DNA of 24,000 nucleotides from Pectobacterium cacticida (GTDB lineage Bacteria; Pseudomonadota; Gammaproteobacteria; Enterobacterales; Enterobacteriaceae): NCBI RefSeq assembly GCF_036885195.1, contig NZ_CP133656.1, positions 1,356,101 to 1,380,100 of the forward strand, read 5' to 3'. Shown piece by piece: positions 23,059 to 24,000 of this stretch (position 1 is its first letter; each line of letters starts with the position of its first letter). The notes under the pieces were generated by a model. It saw only the letters and a program-made list of their open reading frames with translations, ran no database searches and was not told where the DNA came from. The position numbers and the translations under genes were made by a program.

Positions 23059-24000
23059 TCAGTGCCCCAGCAGTGCGTTGAAGGGTTCGATCTCGACCCA
23101 CTCGCCGATGGCGACATTACCGCGATCCTGCTCAAGCACGATGAAGCAATTCGCGAGACTGAAAGCGCTAAAGACGTGCGATCCCTGATGTCCGGTGGTT
23201 TTTACTGTCAGTTCACCCTGTGCGTTAGGGCTAACAATACCGCGTTGGAAATCGGTGCGCCCCGGCGTTTTCTTCAATGCGCTGGTGGTTCTGACGCGCA
23301 GGCGCGGCGGCAGACGCCACTGGCTATAGCCAGATAGGCGGGCTAACAGCGGCTGCACCAGTTGATAGAACGTCAGCGTGGCGGAGACGGGGTTGCCTGG
23401 CAGGCCGCAGAACCATGCATGCTGCAATTTGCCGAAGGCGAAGGGTTTACCGGGTTTAATTGCCAGCTTCCAGAAATGGATGTCACCCAGTTCCTCTAAC
23501 ATCTGCCTAGTATAATCGGCTTCACCGACGGAAACGCCGCCGCTGCTAATCACCAGATCGGCGATCTGGTCGGCTTGATGGAATGCGGCGCGCAGGGCGT
23601 CCGGGTTGTCGCGGATGATGCCCAGATCGTGCACCTCGCAGCCCCACTGTTCCAGCATTAAACGGACGGCGAAGCGGTTGGTGTCATAAATCTGCCCCTC
23701 AGCTAACGCATTGCCGACGGGCTGTAGTTCATCTCCGGTGGAAAACACGGCGACTTTCAGGCGACGCACGACGTCAATGTGCGCAATTCCCAGCGACGCC
23801 AGCAGCGGCAGTTCCGCCGCGCCCAGTTTGCAGCCTGCTGGCAACACGCTGGCGCCCGCGCGAATATCTTCTCCCGCCAGTCGAATATTCTGGCCGGGCT
23901 TTACCGGATGAAGGAAATGAATACCGTCTTCGTTCACTTCAGCCTGCTCTTGCATGATGACGGCATCAGCGCCAGCGGGAACCGGCGCGCCGGTCATGAT
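23059..24000 (-). CDS. moeA: Molybdopterin molybdenumtransferase, C-terminal ~313 codons; 5' end lies outside the window
   Basis: [17 protein letters not shown]...VFSTGDEL...[11 protein letters not shown]...LPGNPVS are MoeA motifs. The frame is open to the window edge. Confidence 0.93.
   Translation of the reverse strand: MMTGAPVPAGADAVIMQEQAEVNEDGIHFLHPVKPGQNIRLAGEDIRAGASVLPAGCKLGAAELPLLASLGIAHIDVVRRLKVAVFSTGDELQPVGNALAEGQIYDTNRFAVRLMLEQWGCEVHDLGIIRDNPDALRAAFHQADQIADLVISSGGVSVGEADYTRQMLEELGDIHFWKLAIKPGKPFAFGKLQHAWFCGLPGNPVSATLTFYQLVQPLLARLSGYSQWRLPPRLRVRTTSALKKTPGRTDFQRGIVSPNAQGELTVKTTGHQGSHVFSAFSLANCFIVLEQDRGNVAIGEWVEIEPFNALLGH

Overview
This looks like an Enterobacterales chromosomal segment; the gnd, moeAB, galF and yjb products read as close relatives of the E. 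coli proteins. It spans the surface-polysaccharide hot spot.

Gene order, left to right:
- The 3' end of an AT-rich O-unit gene set (a GT4-type glycosyltransferase and a Wzx-like flippase).
- A degraded ISAs1/H-repeat transposase fragment.
- An oppositely oriented rmlA-rmlC-rmlD block with no rmlB.
- galF.
- A four-gene non-sugar cassette in the galF-gnd slot. On the minus strand it carries an omptin protease, an AT-rich orphan with five-fold beta-rich periodicity, and a permuted papain-like (YaeF/YiiX, C92) amidase. Divergently on the plus strand it carries an M20-peptidase-like domain fused to a LuxR HTH.
- gnd.
- The yjbEFGH exopolysaccharide operon.
- A CRP-type promoter plus strong terminator, followed by a BglG/LicT-family antiterminator that is frameshifted in an A8 run.
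- An AdrA/DgcC-like MASE2-GGDEF cyclase.
- yqaE, which is missing from the ORF track.
- A Cache-like GGDEF cyclase.
- A nitroreductase-family gene.
- moeB and a partial moeA.

I recognised no tRNA, rRNA or CRISPR array, no canonical defence genes, and no intact mobile element.

The best candidate for something undescribed is the galF-gnd cassette. Its regulator appears to be a catalytically dead M20 domain reused as a sensor on a LuxR HTH. It sits divergent to the omptin, orphan and amidase genes.

Every functional call rests on motif recognition by eye and on remembered family consensus sequences. No database search or folding computation was run, so the functional links are hypotheses.
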